The translations under genes and the position numbers were made by a program. A stretch of DNA of 56,234 nucleotides, the filler included, from Malassezia furfur (Eukaryota), in the NCBI GenBank assembly GCA_052055015.1. It is 2 parts of 2 records of this genome, joined end to end, with 100 filler letters (N's around TTAATTAATTAA, not from the genome) between each part and the next. Parts side by side here need not be neighbours in the genome. Positions count along the whole stretch, not along the records: positions 28,215 to 56,234 come from JBQJIT010000113.1; 1 more part is not named here. The stretch is one strand, 5' to 3'. This document shows, piece by piece, positions 29,198 to 39,487 of the stretch (position 1 is the stretch's first letter; each line of letters opens with the position of its first letter). Under the pieces are notes generated by a model, which worked only from the letters and a program-made list of their open reading frames with translations, searched no databases and was not told the DNA's origin.

Positions 29198-31203
29198 ATG
29201 GAGCGGCCACCGCTCGATGTGCGGGTGTGGTCGCCGTCGCTCGTGCTCGAGTGGCTGCAGCAGCTTGAACTGGAACAGTATGCTCCCCAGTTTCTCGGTA
29301 CGCCCCTGCTGTGCGCTGACCGCGGCAGAAAACGACATCGACGGCGAGGCGCTCGTGCTCCTCGACGACGCATCGCTACGCGACCTCGGTGTGACGTCGA
29401 TCGGGCATCGGATGACGCTCCTGTCGGAAATCTTCCAGCTGAAACAGACCCATGGGATCCAGATCGAGCCCGGCGATTGGGTGCCCCAAAGTACGCCGTC
29501 TGCGCCTTGGCGCGGCTCACACAGACTACGAGGGTGTGCCCGACGACGTGCCGGACATTGCGACACTCTTGCGTGAGCGTGGTACGTGGTGCATGCGTCG
29601 CACACACACTCACACAGATGACCGGATCGCTGCGCTCGAGGCGCGCGTCGCGCAGCTCAGCGCGAGTCTGCTGCGCCTGCGCGAAGATGTGGTCGGCCTA
29701 GCGCGCGCCGCCGACAAGCCCGACGCGGTGCAACAGAGCGCGCTGCTGGACATGCCGCTTGGACCACCGACGAGCCGCACGTTGCTCGCGACGCCCAGCG
29801 TATCGCGTTCACCCAAGCCGCTCACACCCAGCACCGAGAGCGCTGCATTGTCGTCGCGCCCCGTGACGCGTGGACGCGGCTTTGTCGACACGCCGACGCG
29901 CCGCCTGGATACCTCCGAAACCCAAAACTCATTGATGCTGCGCCTCAACACCGCAACGACGTCCGTGGCCCACTACGTCGGCAGCCTGGCGCCGATCAGC
30001 GACGCGGTGGGGCACATGCTCCAGGCGTCCGGCGCCGATGTCCCGACGCTGCCAAGCGACGAGTCGGTCACGATCGACGACACGACACAGACGCTGCTTC
30101 TGCTCGCCTTGCGCAAGTACCACGTCCAGGACGACTGGCACAACTTTGCGCTCTTCGTGCACTCCGGCACGACAGAGCGATGCCTGACCTACGAAGAAAA
30201 ACCCCTACTCATCCTACACAAGCTGCGCGACGCAGGCAACGAGCCGTGGTTCATTGTGCGCCATCTGCGCGACGTCGAGCCACCGATCGCCCTTGCAGAG
30301 AAAAAGCTCAAGGTGCGCCGCCGCGACGCGGGGCGCCACACAAAAAACCCGGCGATGTGGATGCGCGCCGCACCGCTAGACCCCGGCGAGGCCCACAAGG
30401 ACGAGCGCGCATTCGGCGTGAGTCAGTGGGCGCAGCACGCGCCGATGCATGCCATGGAGGCGGAGCGCGCGCTCCAGAGCGCTCGCGCCATGGGCCCCGC
30501 GGCGGGCGTGCTCCAGGACGTTTCGCAGCCCCGCACCTACGCGCTCGCCATCTATCCGTACGAGTCGGAGCGCGAAGACGAGTTCGACGTGCGAGCTGGC
30601 GACGCATTCATCGTGCTCGCCAAGGCAAAGGGATGGTGGGCACTGCGCCGCGACTCGCTTGCCGATGGACGCGGCGACGTCTACGTCCCTGACGCCCTGA
30701 GCGACGCGCGCCGCCTCGAGGTCTGGACTGGTTGGGTGCCCGCCGGGTGCCTGCTCGAAACCTCGCGGCCGATAGCCGACCTACTGTTTGCACAGGCGAC
30801 CGGCAACATCTCGGCGGCATCCACCCCGGTCCACAGCACAGCTGCCATGAAGGCCGCTCAGACGCGCTCGCTCCGCTACGAGCTCATTCACGCCCCGCTG
30901 CCGCTCGCCATCGTGCTCTCGGCCGGTACACACGGCACACTCCTCGCGCAATTCGACGCACCGGACGGCACATTGAGCCTGCCAGCGGGTGAGCTGCTGC
31001 GCGTGTTTAAGCGGTACAACCACTGGTCGTACTGCATCGTCGACGGCCCCTCCCAGAGCCGGGGGTGGGTGCCCAGCTGGTGTACGTCCTTCTCATCGCC
31101 TCACACAGACATCTCGCGGAAACCAGGAGCTCGCGAGCCACGCACACTCAGTGCGGGCGAAGTCACGGCGCGCCACACGGCACCCGCCGCGCGCCTTCCT
31201 TAG
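29198..31203 (+). CDS. Ste50/Ubc2-type MAPK adaptor (SAM + Ras-association + two SH3 domains)
   Basis: SAM: WSPSLVLEWL..ENDIDGEAL..LRDLGVTSIGHR; RA: ALRKYHVQDDW..ERCLTYEEKPL; SH3: ALAIYPYESEREDEFDV..GWVPAGCLLE; second SH3: LLRVFKRYNHWSYC..RGWVPSWYI. Introns 29298-29328, 29491-29524, 29582-29617, 31082-31108. Confidence 0.9.
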
Positions 31204-31258
31204 CCTGTCTTTCCATAGACACGGACGCCGCGCCACGGCGTCCGACCTCCACATCCCC

Positions 31259-32777
31259 ATGCTGCGTCGGTGCCTGCTGCTGGGCGCGGCGACTGCCGCG
31301 CTCGTGTACGCCCACGGCGGGCATTCCTCGGTCAATATCGAGGAGGAGAAAAAGAAGCCGGTCAGTTCTGTGCTCTGGACACACATTGCACTGGAGGCGC
31401 TCGCATGGCTCGTGCTGTTTCCGCTCGGCATGGTGCTTGGCCTGGTCCGGCACAAGCTACACGTACCTGTGTCGGGCGCCGCCGTCGCCCTGTCACTCAT
31501 TGGCTACGTACTCGGTGGACACCACAAAGGGCGCCAATTCCCGCATACAGTGCATGGCACCATGGCCAAGCTGCTCTTCCTCACGCTGCTCACGCAAGCA
31601 ACGTGCGGCATCTACCTCAAACTGCACCTCACCTGGAAACCCGAAGCCTACGTGCGGCCCGTCGTGCTCCGCATCCACGGAATCCTCGGACGCGCATTTC
31701 CAGTGCTTGGATGGACGCAGATGGTGTTTGGTGTCGCAACGCTCCAATCGTGGTGCCGCGGTGGCCACCTTGGCCAGTGCCTCGCGCATTACATTATGGG
31801 CTCGGCGTTCGCCGGATACTCGGTCATCCTGCTCATCATGCTCAAGTGCGCCGTCGAGTGGCTCCGTAGGCGGGGGTTCTCGGAAGAGTATCTTGACAGC
31901 TGGGTCATCCTGCTCTGGGGCATTGTCAATACATTCACCGAGCACCACGGCGGGCCATGGACCCACAAAGATCTGCAGCACACCCTTATGGGCGTCCTAT
32001 GGTGGGCTGGCGGCGCGGTTGGCGTATGGCTTAGTCGCAAGGGCAAACGCAGCATCTTTCCGGCGATCATCATCTCACTCACGGGCTGGGCCATGAGCGG
32101 CCATGCGCAGGCACTCGTACGTTGGCGTCTACGACTGACCCTAGATGATCTCGACCATGGTCCACAGCCTGTTTGGGTACGCATTGATGGCTGCCGGTGT
32201 ATGCCGCATCATCGAGATATGCTTCGTGCTCCACGACCGGCCCACGGGCGAAGAGGAGCGGTCGGCAGAGGATGGTGGATGGTTCAAAATCCACGCATTC
32301 CAATACCTGTACGTGGACCCATGCTGACTGACAAAGACCCCCATTCCTGCTCACCACATCGGGCATCCTGTTCATGAGCGCCACCGACGAGGAGCTGCGA
32401 TGGGCAGATGCCAAGGGTGTCGACCATGTTACCTGGGGCATGATTGATTTCTCAATTGCCTTGCTCCTCTTCTTGTGGATCAAGTATGTCATCCGTACTT
32501 ACTCAGCGTATTGATCGACACATACGTTGGCTACGGTGGCCGCTACGGTCTGGCTAACGCACCGCAATCGGTCGAAACGCCTGGGCCCAGCGCACCGCAT
32601 GCGGGGTGGAGCTATGCCCGCCTCCAACCGACCGGGACAGCGCCACCTACATCCGCGGAGGAGTCTATCCAGCTTGATACCTATCGCGTGCCTTCTTCTT
32701 CAACACCAAAACTCGCAGAAAATCACGTCCTCTTCGACGACGAGGACCCGTTTGATGACAAGGAACTCGCCGCGTAA
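31259..32777 (+). CDS. YTP1: YTP1-family polytopic membrane protein
   Basis: Signal peptide; LWTHI..LFPLGMVLG, HLGQCLAHYIMGSAF, GIVNTFTEH..W..KDLQHT..W; introns 32117-32144, 32309-32336, 32484-32506. Confidence 0.87.
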
Positions 32778-32882
32778 ATAGCCGCCGCACCCTTGAAAGC
32801 ACCGATTTACTCCACATGGGCACATTTTTGGCACTGTGGCGGAGAATCCGAAGATTTGCCGCGTGGCGCTTTCAATCCTTCC

Positions 32883-33488
32883 ATGTCGTGGGTGCACAGT
32901 GCGCGCAACGCCGGCCGCAGAGCCACCGCCTCATTTCCGAACGCCAGCCGTGCAGGGAACTCGCTGCGCCGTTTCGCTGTGCCGGTCGGCACCGCCATCG
33001 CTGGCTCGGCCTTGGCTCTCGCCCAGTCGCCACTCCTGCTCGAGTCGTCTGAGCCGAAGAAGTACAACTACGAGGATCGCATGAAGCCACGCGCGGCGCC
33101 CGTCATTAAGCGGCGCGTTGTGGTGGAGGAGGTCGTTGACGATGCCGAGGACCTTCCGCTCGGCGAAGAGACTGCCATGAGCCTCGACGAAGAAGAACAG
33201 GAATCCGCTTTTGACGAACGCACGGGCGAGATCAACTGGGACTGCCCATGCCTGGGCGGTATGGCACACGGGCCGTGCGGTGAGGAATTCAAAAAGGCGT
33301 TCAGCTGCTTCATTTTCTCCGAGCAGGAGCCCAAGGGTATCGAGTGTGTGGACCTGTTCAAGGATATGCAAGACTGCTTCCGCAAGCACCCGGAGGTCTA
33401 CGCAGAGGAGATCGAGGCGGACAATGCCGCAGATGCAGAAGCACAGTCCATTGCAGAGGAGGCACCGTCGGCAACGGCCTCAGCGTAA
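32883..33488 (+). CDS. MIA40: Mitochondrial intermembrane-space oxidoreductase
   Basis: [29 protein letters not shown]...[14 protein letters not shown] (CPC plus twin CX9C). Confidence 0.95.
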   Translation: MSWVHSARNAGRRATASFPNASRAGNSLRRFAVPVGTAIAGSALALAQSPLLLESSEPKKYNYEDRMKPRAAPVIKRRVVVEEVVDDAEDLPLGEETAMSLDEEEQESAFDERTGEINWDCPCLGGMAHGPCGEEFKKAFSCFIFSEQEPKGIECVDLFKDMQDCFRKHPEVYAEEIEADNAADAEAQSIAEEAPSATASA

Positions 33489-33519
33489 TTTTCTGTGGTA
33501 GTTCACACCCAATGCATTG

Positions 33520-34674
33520 CTAGACAGCTACAGGCCATACATGGGTCTCACAATCCCATGAACTGCTCGCAATCACCCCACGCTCAAATAGAGACCATGC
33601 AAGACCCACAACGAACTCTTTGTGCATTGGATAAATCATCCGTGGCGATCGCAAAAGGGGCACTCCAGCCGCGGGGGGTACATCGTCCACGTTCCAAATT
33701 CGGACGCTCATGTCGTAGCCGGCGCTCCCGAGTATATTTGGCTGATGCGTCGACCACGCTATACTGCGCACGGCATACTGATGCCCAACAAGTACAGCAC
33801 TCTCGGTGAGGGGCGCACTGGGAATTTTCTCAGGCGTGCTGCTCATTGCACGGCCATCCCAAACCTTCACGGCACGGTCCGTGCTCCCAGTCGCCAACGT
33901 CATGGGTCGGTATTTATTCCAGTCAAGGGACAGTACTTCTCCTCCCACAGACATTGTCGATACGGGTCGTGCGTAGCCTGTGCCGCCACCTCCGGCGCGT
34001 AAATCAAAAATCGCCGCAGACCCGTCGCCGGATGCCGTTGCTAGGACTGAAGGGTTATGCGGAGACCATGCGCACTTGTAGACGCAGTTTCCATGCGCCT
34101 GAATAGTTTGGATCGAGCGCGGAAGATCAGGATTCCACTGGCGGTAAGATGCTTCCTTGTATGACACGCACCACTTTCACCGTGCCATCCCAGCTGCTGC
34201 TTGCGAAAAGCTCCTTTTGAATGTTGTTCCAGTCCAACGAAAAGATCTCACGCGAATGCTCAGCCCAATTACGTATGGGATGATCCTAAAGGTGTCAGAA
34301 TAATGTCCGTTCAGCGTACATTCAAAGTAATATCCCATAATTTGATGCTTCCGTCGCCGCACGCACTAGCAATCTGATTCTCATGCATCTCCGACCAGGC
34401 CACATCGTACATGCCATCTTGGGTATCGAAACTGTTACGTCAGATACGATATGTAACGTACACTTTTGGCGCAGGCGTCGTCATGTTGAAGATGAACAAA
34501 CGGCCATTGCCCACCAAGCCATACTGTGGTCAGCTTACTGCAGGAAGTACGCACATTGGCCGCACCAGCGACAGCAAATTTGTCCGGAAAAAATGGAGAC
34601 CACGCTACATTATATCCCGCATATCCTGCTGTTGGAAAACGCCTCGCAGGCGGTGTAGGTCCTGCCGATTGCAT
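33520..34674 (-). CDS. PEX7: Peroxisomal PTS2 receptor (WD40)
   Basis: GYNVAWSPFF..A..N|YGLVGNGRL, FDTQDGMYDVAWSE.HENQ, SSSWDGTVK, DWNKYRP, GHQYAVR, HKEFVVG; introns 34524-34554, 34432-34461, 34286-34319, 34138-34171. Confidence 0.93.
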
Positions 34675-35154
34675 TTCAGAATATCGTACCAAACAAAAAG
34701 TGTCAATGCAGCAAACTAGATCCCCGCACTTTATAGCAACGGATGGAATAAAGAAGGAGTCATGCAACTCTAATTAAGTTTCATGGCTTCCTAGTGCAAC
34801 GGCTATAATACAGAAACTTCGTGCGGCTCGGAAGAGCAAGGACTGGCCATCGCGTCCACGGTATCGTTCCGGGTTCTAATCCTGCGTTTGACAGTTACTA
34901 AATTACAGTTTATGATTGGAAGACTGTCTGCGCCTGGCGCGCAATTGAAAGTGCAAAGTAAGGCAGACTTGATTGTGCTTGGAGACTCGCACGGGCGAGA
35001 TGCGATTGGCTGGGCTTGGTCATGCAGACGTTGTCGAATTGGGACTTCCATTTGACTTGCGTCCACGGACTGCACGAAGTGGGAACCAATTTTTTGTAGG
35101 CCTAGAGGGCTTGTGTTACATTCCTATAGGCTAAAGCGGGGTTCATGCCTTAAC

Positions 35155-35177
35155 TGTATCTCACCGGGTGAGATACA
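35155..35177. repeat. Near-perfect 23-bp palindrome (TGTATCTCACC-G-GGTGAGATACA)
   Basis: 11-bp arms are exact reverse complements around a 1-nt spacer; lies in the PEX7-PHO84 intergenic region. Confidence 0.9.
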
Positions 35178-35460
35178 TTGACGATACCCATGTCTTCGGC
35201 CGCAACGACGTAAATTGGCGCCGAAATGTAAAACTACAATTAAATTCTCCCTGTCTGCCCCCAGATGCTAGTCGCTACGCCGGGCAAAGTCAATCCGGTA
35301 CCTGGTCTCTACTTTGCCGATGCTAAAACTTGCCGGTAGCGCTTTGCGTAGTCGCGCCAAGCACGAATGGCGACGATTCTTCTCGTCACGCTTGCGCATC
35401 TGTCCAATGAAACCCTTTTTTGTTGCGTTTAGTAAGGGAATTCCCTATTCGTGATTCTCG

Positions 35461-35669
35461 CACGTTGTTCGCGCTGAGTCATCTGCTGACCGCCGCGAGA
35501 TTGCGTTTTGAATTTTGGGCCACTAATAAGCGGAATTTACCACACGTGTGGGTATCCGTCCAATCCCACGCAACGATGTAGTTCATTTTGTTATGTACAA
35601 AAAAAGTATGCTAGCCTGGTTGACCGTGCGCAAAATAGCAGCGTCCAAATGGACCAGCTCGCCAACGTG
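35461..35669. promoter_or_regulatory. Candidate Pho4-type bHLH sites upstream of the phosphate transporter
   Basis: CACGTT 35461-35466, CACGTG 35543-35548, AACGTG 35664-35669; also TGAGTCA 35475-35481. Confidence 0.45.
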
Positions 35670-35899
35670 CGCATCTCGCTCCAGCCTGGTAGGCTCCTGG
35701 CAAGGTGTGCTAACACAATTTTTTTAGACGCATCGGCAGATGCAGAGGTCAACTGCAAGGATGAACAGAGTTTGCTCAACTCCGCAGTTTGGCTCGTCCA
35801 GCCCCGGAACAAGTACTAATAGGGCCAACCTTCTCTGGGACGCTCCCCACCGACTCTCCCTTCTTCCAGTTTGAAAGGGCTCGCACCATCCTGGTGAAA

Positions 35900-37996
35900 A
35901 TGTCGGGCAGCAACGATTACGCTTCGCAATACATCCATCATAGCGATGAGCCCTTGGGCTTACGCCAGGCGCAGGCTGTTGACGCTGGCTACCCTGCTGC
36001 GACGGAGCACATTTCTTCGGAGCCGTCAAATGGCAACAACTCGGATTCCACTCGTTACGGCCCCGCACAGGGTGTTGATGGCCTGAAGGGTAGCGAAGTG
36101 ATGGACAACTCGGCCATGTCGCCTGAGGCCGAGCGCGCCTTCCAGGATGTTCTCTTTCCCCCGGACATTTATACGTCGGACGGCACGTACTGGGCCGATC
36201 TGCCTTTCGGTGAGAAGATGGCCTTTTGCAACAAGCAGTCGAACATGGAGGCCCGTCGTGAGCTCGGTATTATCGGCTCGATGATGAAGAAGGACCCAAT
36301 TAGCCCGATCAAGGCCTACTTTAGTACCTACGTGCTGAATGGTCTGGGTATGTTCGTCGAGGGTTACACCCTTTTCTCCGTCGGTAACATCAAGCCTCTA
36401 CTGCAAAGCACCTGGCCCGCATGCTGGAAGAACCACGTTGAGTGCGACAAGAACTGGATCTCCGCGATTGACTACCTGGAGATTATCGGTATCATTGTTG
36501 GTCAGATCCTTGTCGGTATCGAGGGTGACTGGGTTGGTCGTCGTTTTGGTATGGTCCAGGATGCGGTTATTATGACGCTCGGATCGGTGATGCTTACGGC
36601 CATGTGGGGTGTTAACCACAATGGCTGGGTTATCTGCTACGCTTGGTCGCTGTTCATCTACGGTATTGGTGTTGGTGGTGAATACCCTATGACCTCGACA
36701 CGTGCGATGGAGGGCTCGGGTGACCGCTATGCGGCCTCGACGGGTGACCGTATGCACCGTGGTCGCAACGTGCTGTTGGCTTTCTTGATGCAGGGCTGGG
36801 GCCAGTTCTTCAACCAGGTGATCCTGATTCTTCTGCTGCTTGTCTTCCACAACAGCTTGCGTCCTCCGTTCTCGAAGACGGCCGTGCAGTGGACCTTCCG
36901 TGTCTCGTTTGCCTTCATTGCCGTGGTGACGCTCTTCCTTGTGTACTACCGTTACTACAAGATTTCCTACACGGAGCAGTCGCTTCGTGACGCCAAGGAG
37001 CGCCTCAACACGTCTGGTTATGACGCCAAGTCGCTGAAGCTTGCCATCCAGCACTACTGGGGTCGCCTGTTCGCTTCGTGCTTCGGCTGGTTCGCTAACG
37101 ACTTCTTCTTCTACGGCAACAAGATCTTCTCGAACGTGTTCATCAAGCTCATTACGGGTAACACGGGCAGTCTCCAGACGACCTGGCTGTACAACCTGAT
37201 CAACATTGGTGTCCAGCTTCCCGGTTACTACCTTGCTGCGATCCTTGTTGACAACAAGATGTACGGCCGCAAGAACATGCAGGCAGTTGGTTTCCTTTGC
37301 ACGTTCGCCCTCTTCTGTGGTGCCGAGTTTGGCTATGACGCGCTCACGACCAAGGGCTCTGGCCACCTCAAGGCGTTCCAGTTCATCTTCTTCTTCTCCT
37401 CGTTCTGGAACCAGTTTGGCTACAACTCGACGACTTTCCTTGTTGCTGCCGAGATGTTCCCCGCCTCGATTCGTGCCTCGTGCCACGGTTTTGGTGCCGC
37501 GTGGGGTAAGCTCGGTGCTCTGTGCCCGACCATCATTTACAACTACGTGACGGACAACCACACCAAGTTCCACATTGTGACTTGGTTTGGTCTTGCCGGT
37601 CTGATCACGACCCTTGTTTTCCTTCCGGACACGACCGGTCTCGACCTGCGTGAGCAGGAGCGCTACTGGGAGTATGTCATGAACGGTCGCGTGGAGGACT
37701 ACCACGGCGTGGCCATCCACCCTCGCCACCTCTCGCTGTACGAGCGTGTGGTGTTGAAGCGCAACCGCTACTACAACCCTGCGCTCGACCGCCAGCAGAA
37801 GACGCAAGAGTTCCGCCAGATCTACCACTCGTCGCTGCACAACTACGAGACCAACCAAAAGGATCTCACGACGCAGCAGCAGGAGTTCCTCAACAGCGAG
37901 TTTGGTACGAAGTACGTCAAGGACATTTCCAAGGGCCGTGACAACGGAAACCAGATCTTCGCCTCGAAGCTGGAGTCGGTGGAAAAGAACCTCTAA
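35900..37996 (+). CDS. PHO84: High-affinity inorganic phosphate:H+ symporter (MFS, Pho84-like, long N-terminus)
   Basis: YWADLP, GMFVEGYTLFSVGN, GIGVGGEYPMT, AFLMQGWGQ, WFANDFFFYGN, NSTTFLVAAEMFP..R..HG; intronless. Confidence 0.9.
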   Translation: MSGSNDYASQYIHHSDEPLGLRQAQAVDAGYPAATEHISSEPSNGNNSDSTRYGPAQGVDGLKGSEVMDNSAMSPEAERAFQDVLFPPDIYTSDGTYWADLPFGEKMAFCNKQSNMEARRELGIIGSMMKKDPISPIKAYFSTYVLNGLGMFVEGYTLFSVGNIKPLLQSTWPACWKNHVECDKNWISAIDYLEIIGIIVGQILVGIEGDWVGRRFGMVQDAVIMTLGSVMLTAMWGVNHNGWVICYAWSLFIYGIGVGGEYPMTSTRAMEGSGDRYAASTGDRMHRGRNVLLAFLMQGWGQFFNQVILILLLLVFHNSLRPPFSKTAVQWTFRVSFAFIAVVTLFLVYYRYYKISYTEQSLRDAKERLNTSGYDAKSLKLAIQHYWGRLFASCFGWFANDFFFYGNKIFSNVFIKLITGNTGSLQTTWLYNLINIGVQLPGYYLAAILVDNKMYGRKNMQAVGFLCTFALFCGAEFGYDALTTKGSGHLKAFQFIFFFSSFWNQFGYNSTTFLVAAEMFPASIRASCHGFGAAWGKLGALCPTIIYNYVTDNHTKFHIVTWFGLAGLITTLVFLPDTTGLDLREQERYWEYVMNGRVEDYHGVAIHPRHLSLYERVVLKRNRYYNPALDRQQKTQEFRQIYHSSLHNYETNQKDLTTQQQEFLNSEFGTKYVKDISKGRDNGNQIFASKLESVEKNL

Positions 37997-38353
37997 TTGT
38001 GTCTCCTCGTTTTGACATCGGGGTTCATGTTATGTTGTGACGCCTCCGAGATGCCTTCAGCGGTTTCGTGGGGCGTCCATTCAGGATATACGGAGGAAAC
38101 GAACAGGTTCGTTTTCTATATAATGGGGTACATGTAATAGCAAGTCTTGATCTTCATCTGATTTGATTGTGAAGCGCTGAGAGTATGTCCCAACACTTGC
38201 GCAAGTATAGGCTGGGCGGGAATGAGATTGTGGGGGCAACTGCACTTTGTGCCCAGCCTGAGTCGGACCGGAACCTACAGGCATGCCACGTGCGCCGATA
38301 TCGGATCCGGGTCATGTGGGCGCATGGAGTAAAAGTGGATCCTTGCAACCACG

Positions 38354-39487
38354 ATGCGCTTCACCTCCGCTTTGATGAACGCCGGACGCGCCGTGCGCAT
38401 CGGCATGATCCCTGCGGACGGGATTGGCCGTGAGGTACTTCCTGTGGCCGAGCGCGTGATGACCGCTGCGCCTGGTGCACCCAAGTTTGACTTTGTGCAC
38501 CTCGACGCTGGCTTCGAGCTGTTCCAAGTGACTGGTACGTCGCTGCCGCAGGAGACCATCGACACACTTAAGAACTCGTGCGATGGCGCACTGTTTGGTA
38601 GTGTCTCATCTCCGTCGCACAAGGTCGAGGGTTACTCTAGCCCGATCGTACGCCTGCGTAAGGAGCTCAACCTGTACGCCAACATCCGCCCGGTGAGCGG
38701 TCCCGTGGTCACGGACCTGCCGTCCCAGTACCAGAAGCATGTGGACATGGTGACGATCCGTGAGAACACCGAATGTCTCTACATCAAGCAGGAGACTCAG
38801 GAGGACTCGCCGAACGGCAAAATCGCCCGTGCGACGCGCCAGATTACGGAGCATGCCTCGTCGCGCATTGGTCGCAAGGCATTTGAAGTGGCGCTGGTGC
38901 GTAAGGCTATGCGTGAGCAGGAGGGTAAGAAGACGCCGACCAAGGTCACGATCTGTCACAAGTCGAACGTGCTCTCGGTGACCGACGGTCTCTTCCGTAC
39001 GTCGGTGCGCAGCGTGTTTGAGGCGGACGAGAAGAAGAACGGCGGTCCTGGTCGCTACGAGGGCATTGAACTTGACGAACAGCTTGTGGACTCGATGGTG
39101 TATCGTATGTACCGCGAGCCGAACGTGTTTGATGTGATTGTTGCGCCAAACCTGTACGGCGACATCATCAGCGATGGCGCTGCGGCGCTCGTCGGCTCGC
39201 TGGGCCTGGTGGCCAGTGTGAATGCGAGTGACACCTTCTTCATGGGCGAGCCCGTGCATGGCTCGGCGCCCGACATTGTGGGCGAGAACCGCGCGAACCC
39301 GATCGCTGCGATTCGCTCGGCGGCGCTGATGCTCGAGTACATGGGCTACACCGACCCGGCAATGGCCATGTACAAGGCGGTGGACCGTGTGCTGCTCCAG
39401 GGCAAGACGCTGACCCCCGATCTGCCTGGCGGTAAGGCGACCACGGCTGAGGTCGAGGAAGCAGTGCTTCGCGAACTGCTTAGGTAG
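38354..39487 (+). CDS. LYS12: Homoisocitrate dehydrogenase
   Basis: IGMIPADGIGREV, GALFGSVSSP..KVEGYSSPIV.LRK, RENTECLY, HKSNVLSVTDGLFR, APNLYGDIISD, EPVHGSAPDI. Confidence 0.94.
   Translation: MRFTSALMNAGRAVRIGMIPADGIGREVLPVAERVMTAAPGAPKFDFVHLDAGFELFQVTGTSLPQETIDTLKNSCDGALFGSVSSPSHKVEGYSSPIVRLRKELNLYANIRPVSGPVVTDLPSQYQKHVDMVTIRENTECLYIKQETQEDSPNGKIARATRQITEHASSRIGRKAFEVALVRKAMREQEGKKTPTKVTICHKSNVLSVTDGLFRTSVRSVFEADEKKNGGPGRYEGIELDEQLVDSMVYRMYREPNVFDVIVAPNLYGDIISDGAAALVGSLGLVASVNASDTFFMGEPVHGSAPDIVGENRANPIAAIRSAALMLEYMGYTDPAMAMYKAVDRVLLQGKTLTPDLPGGKATTAEVEEAVLRELLR

Noticed and set aside
7917..37996. PhoD + PHO84 phosphate cluster
   Set aside because: 26 kb apart and on opposite sides of the artificial contig junction.
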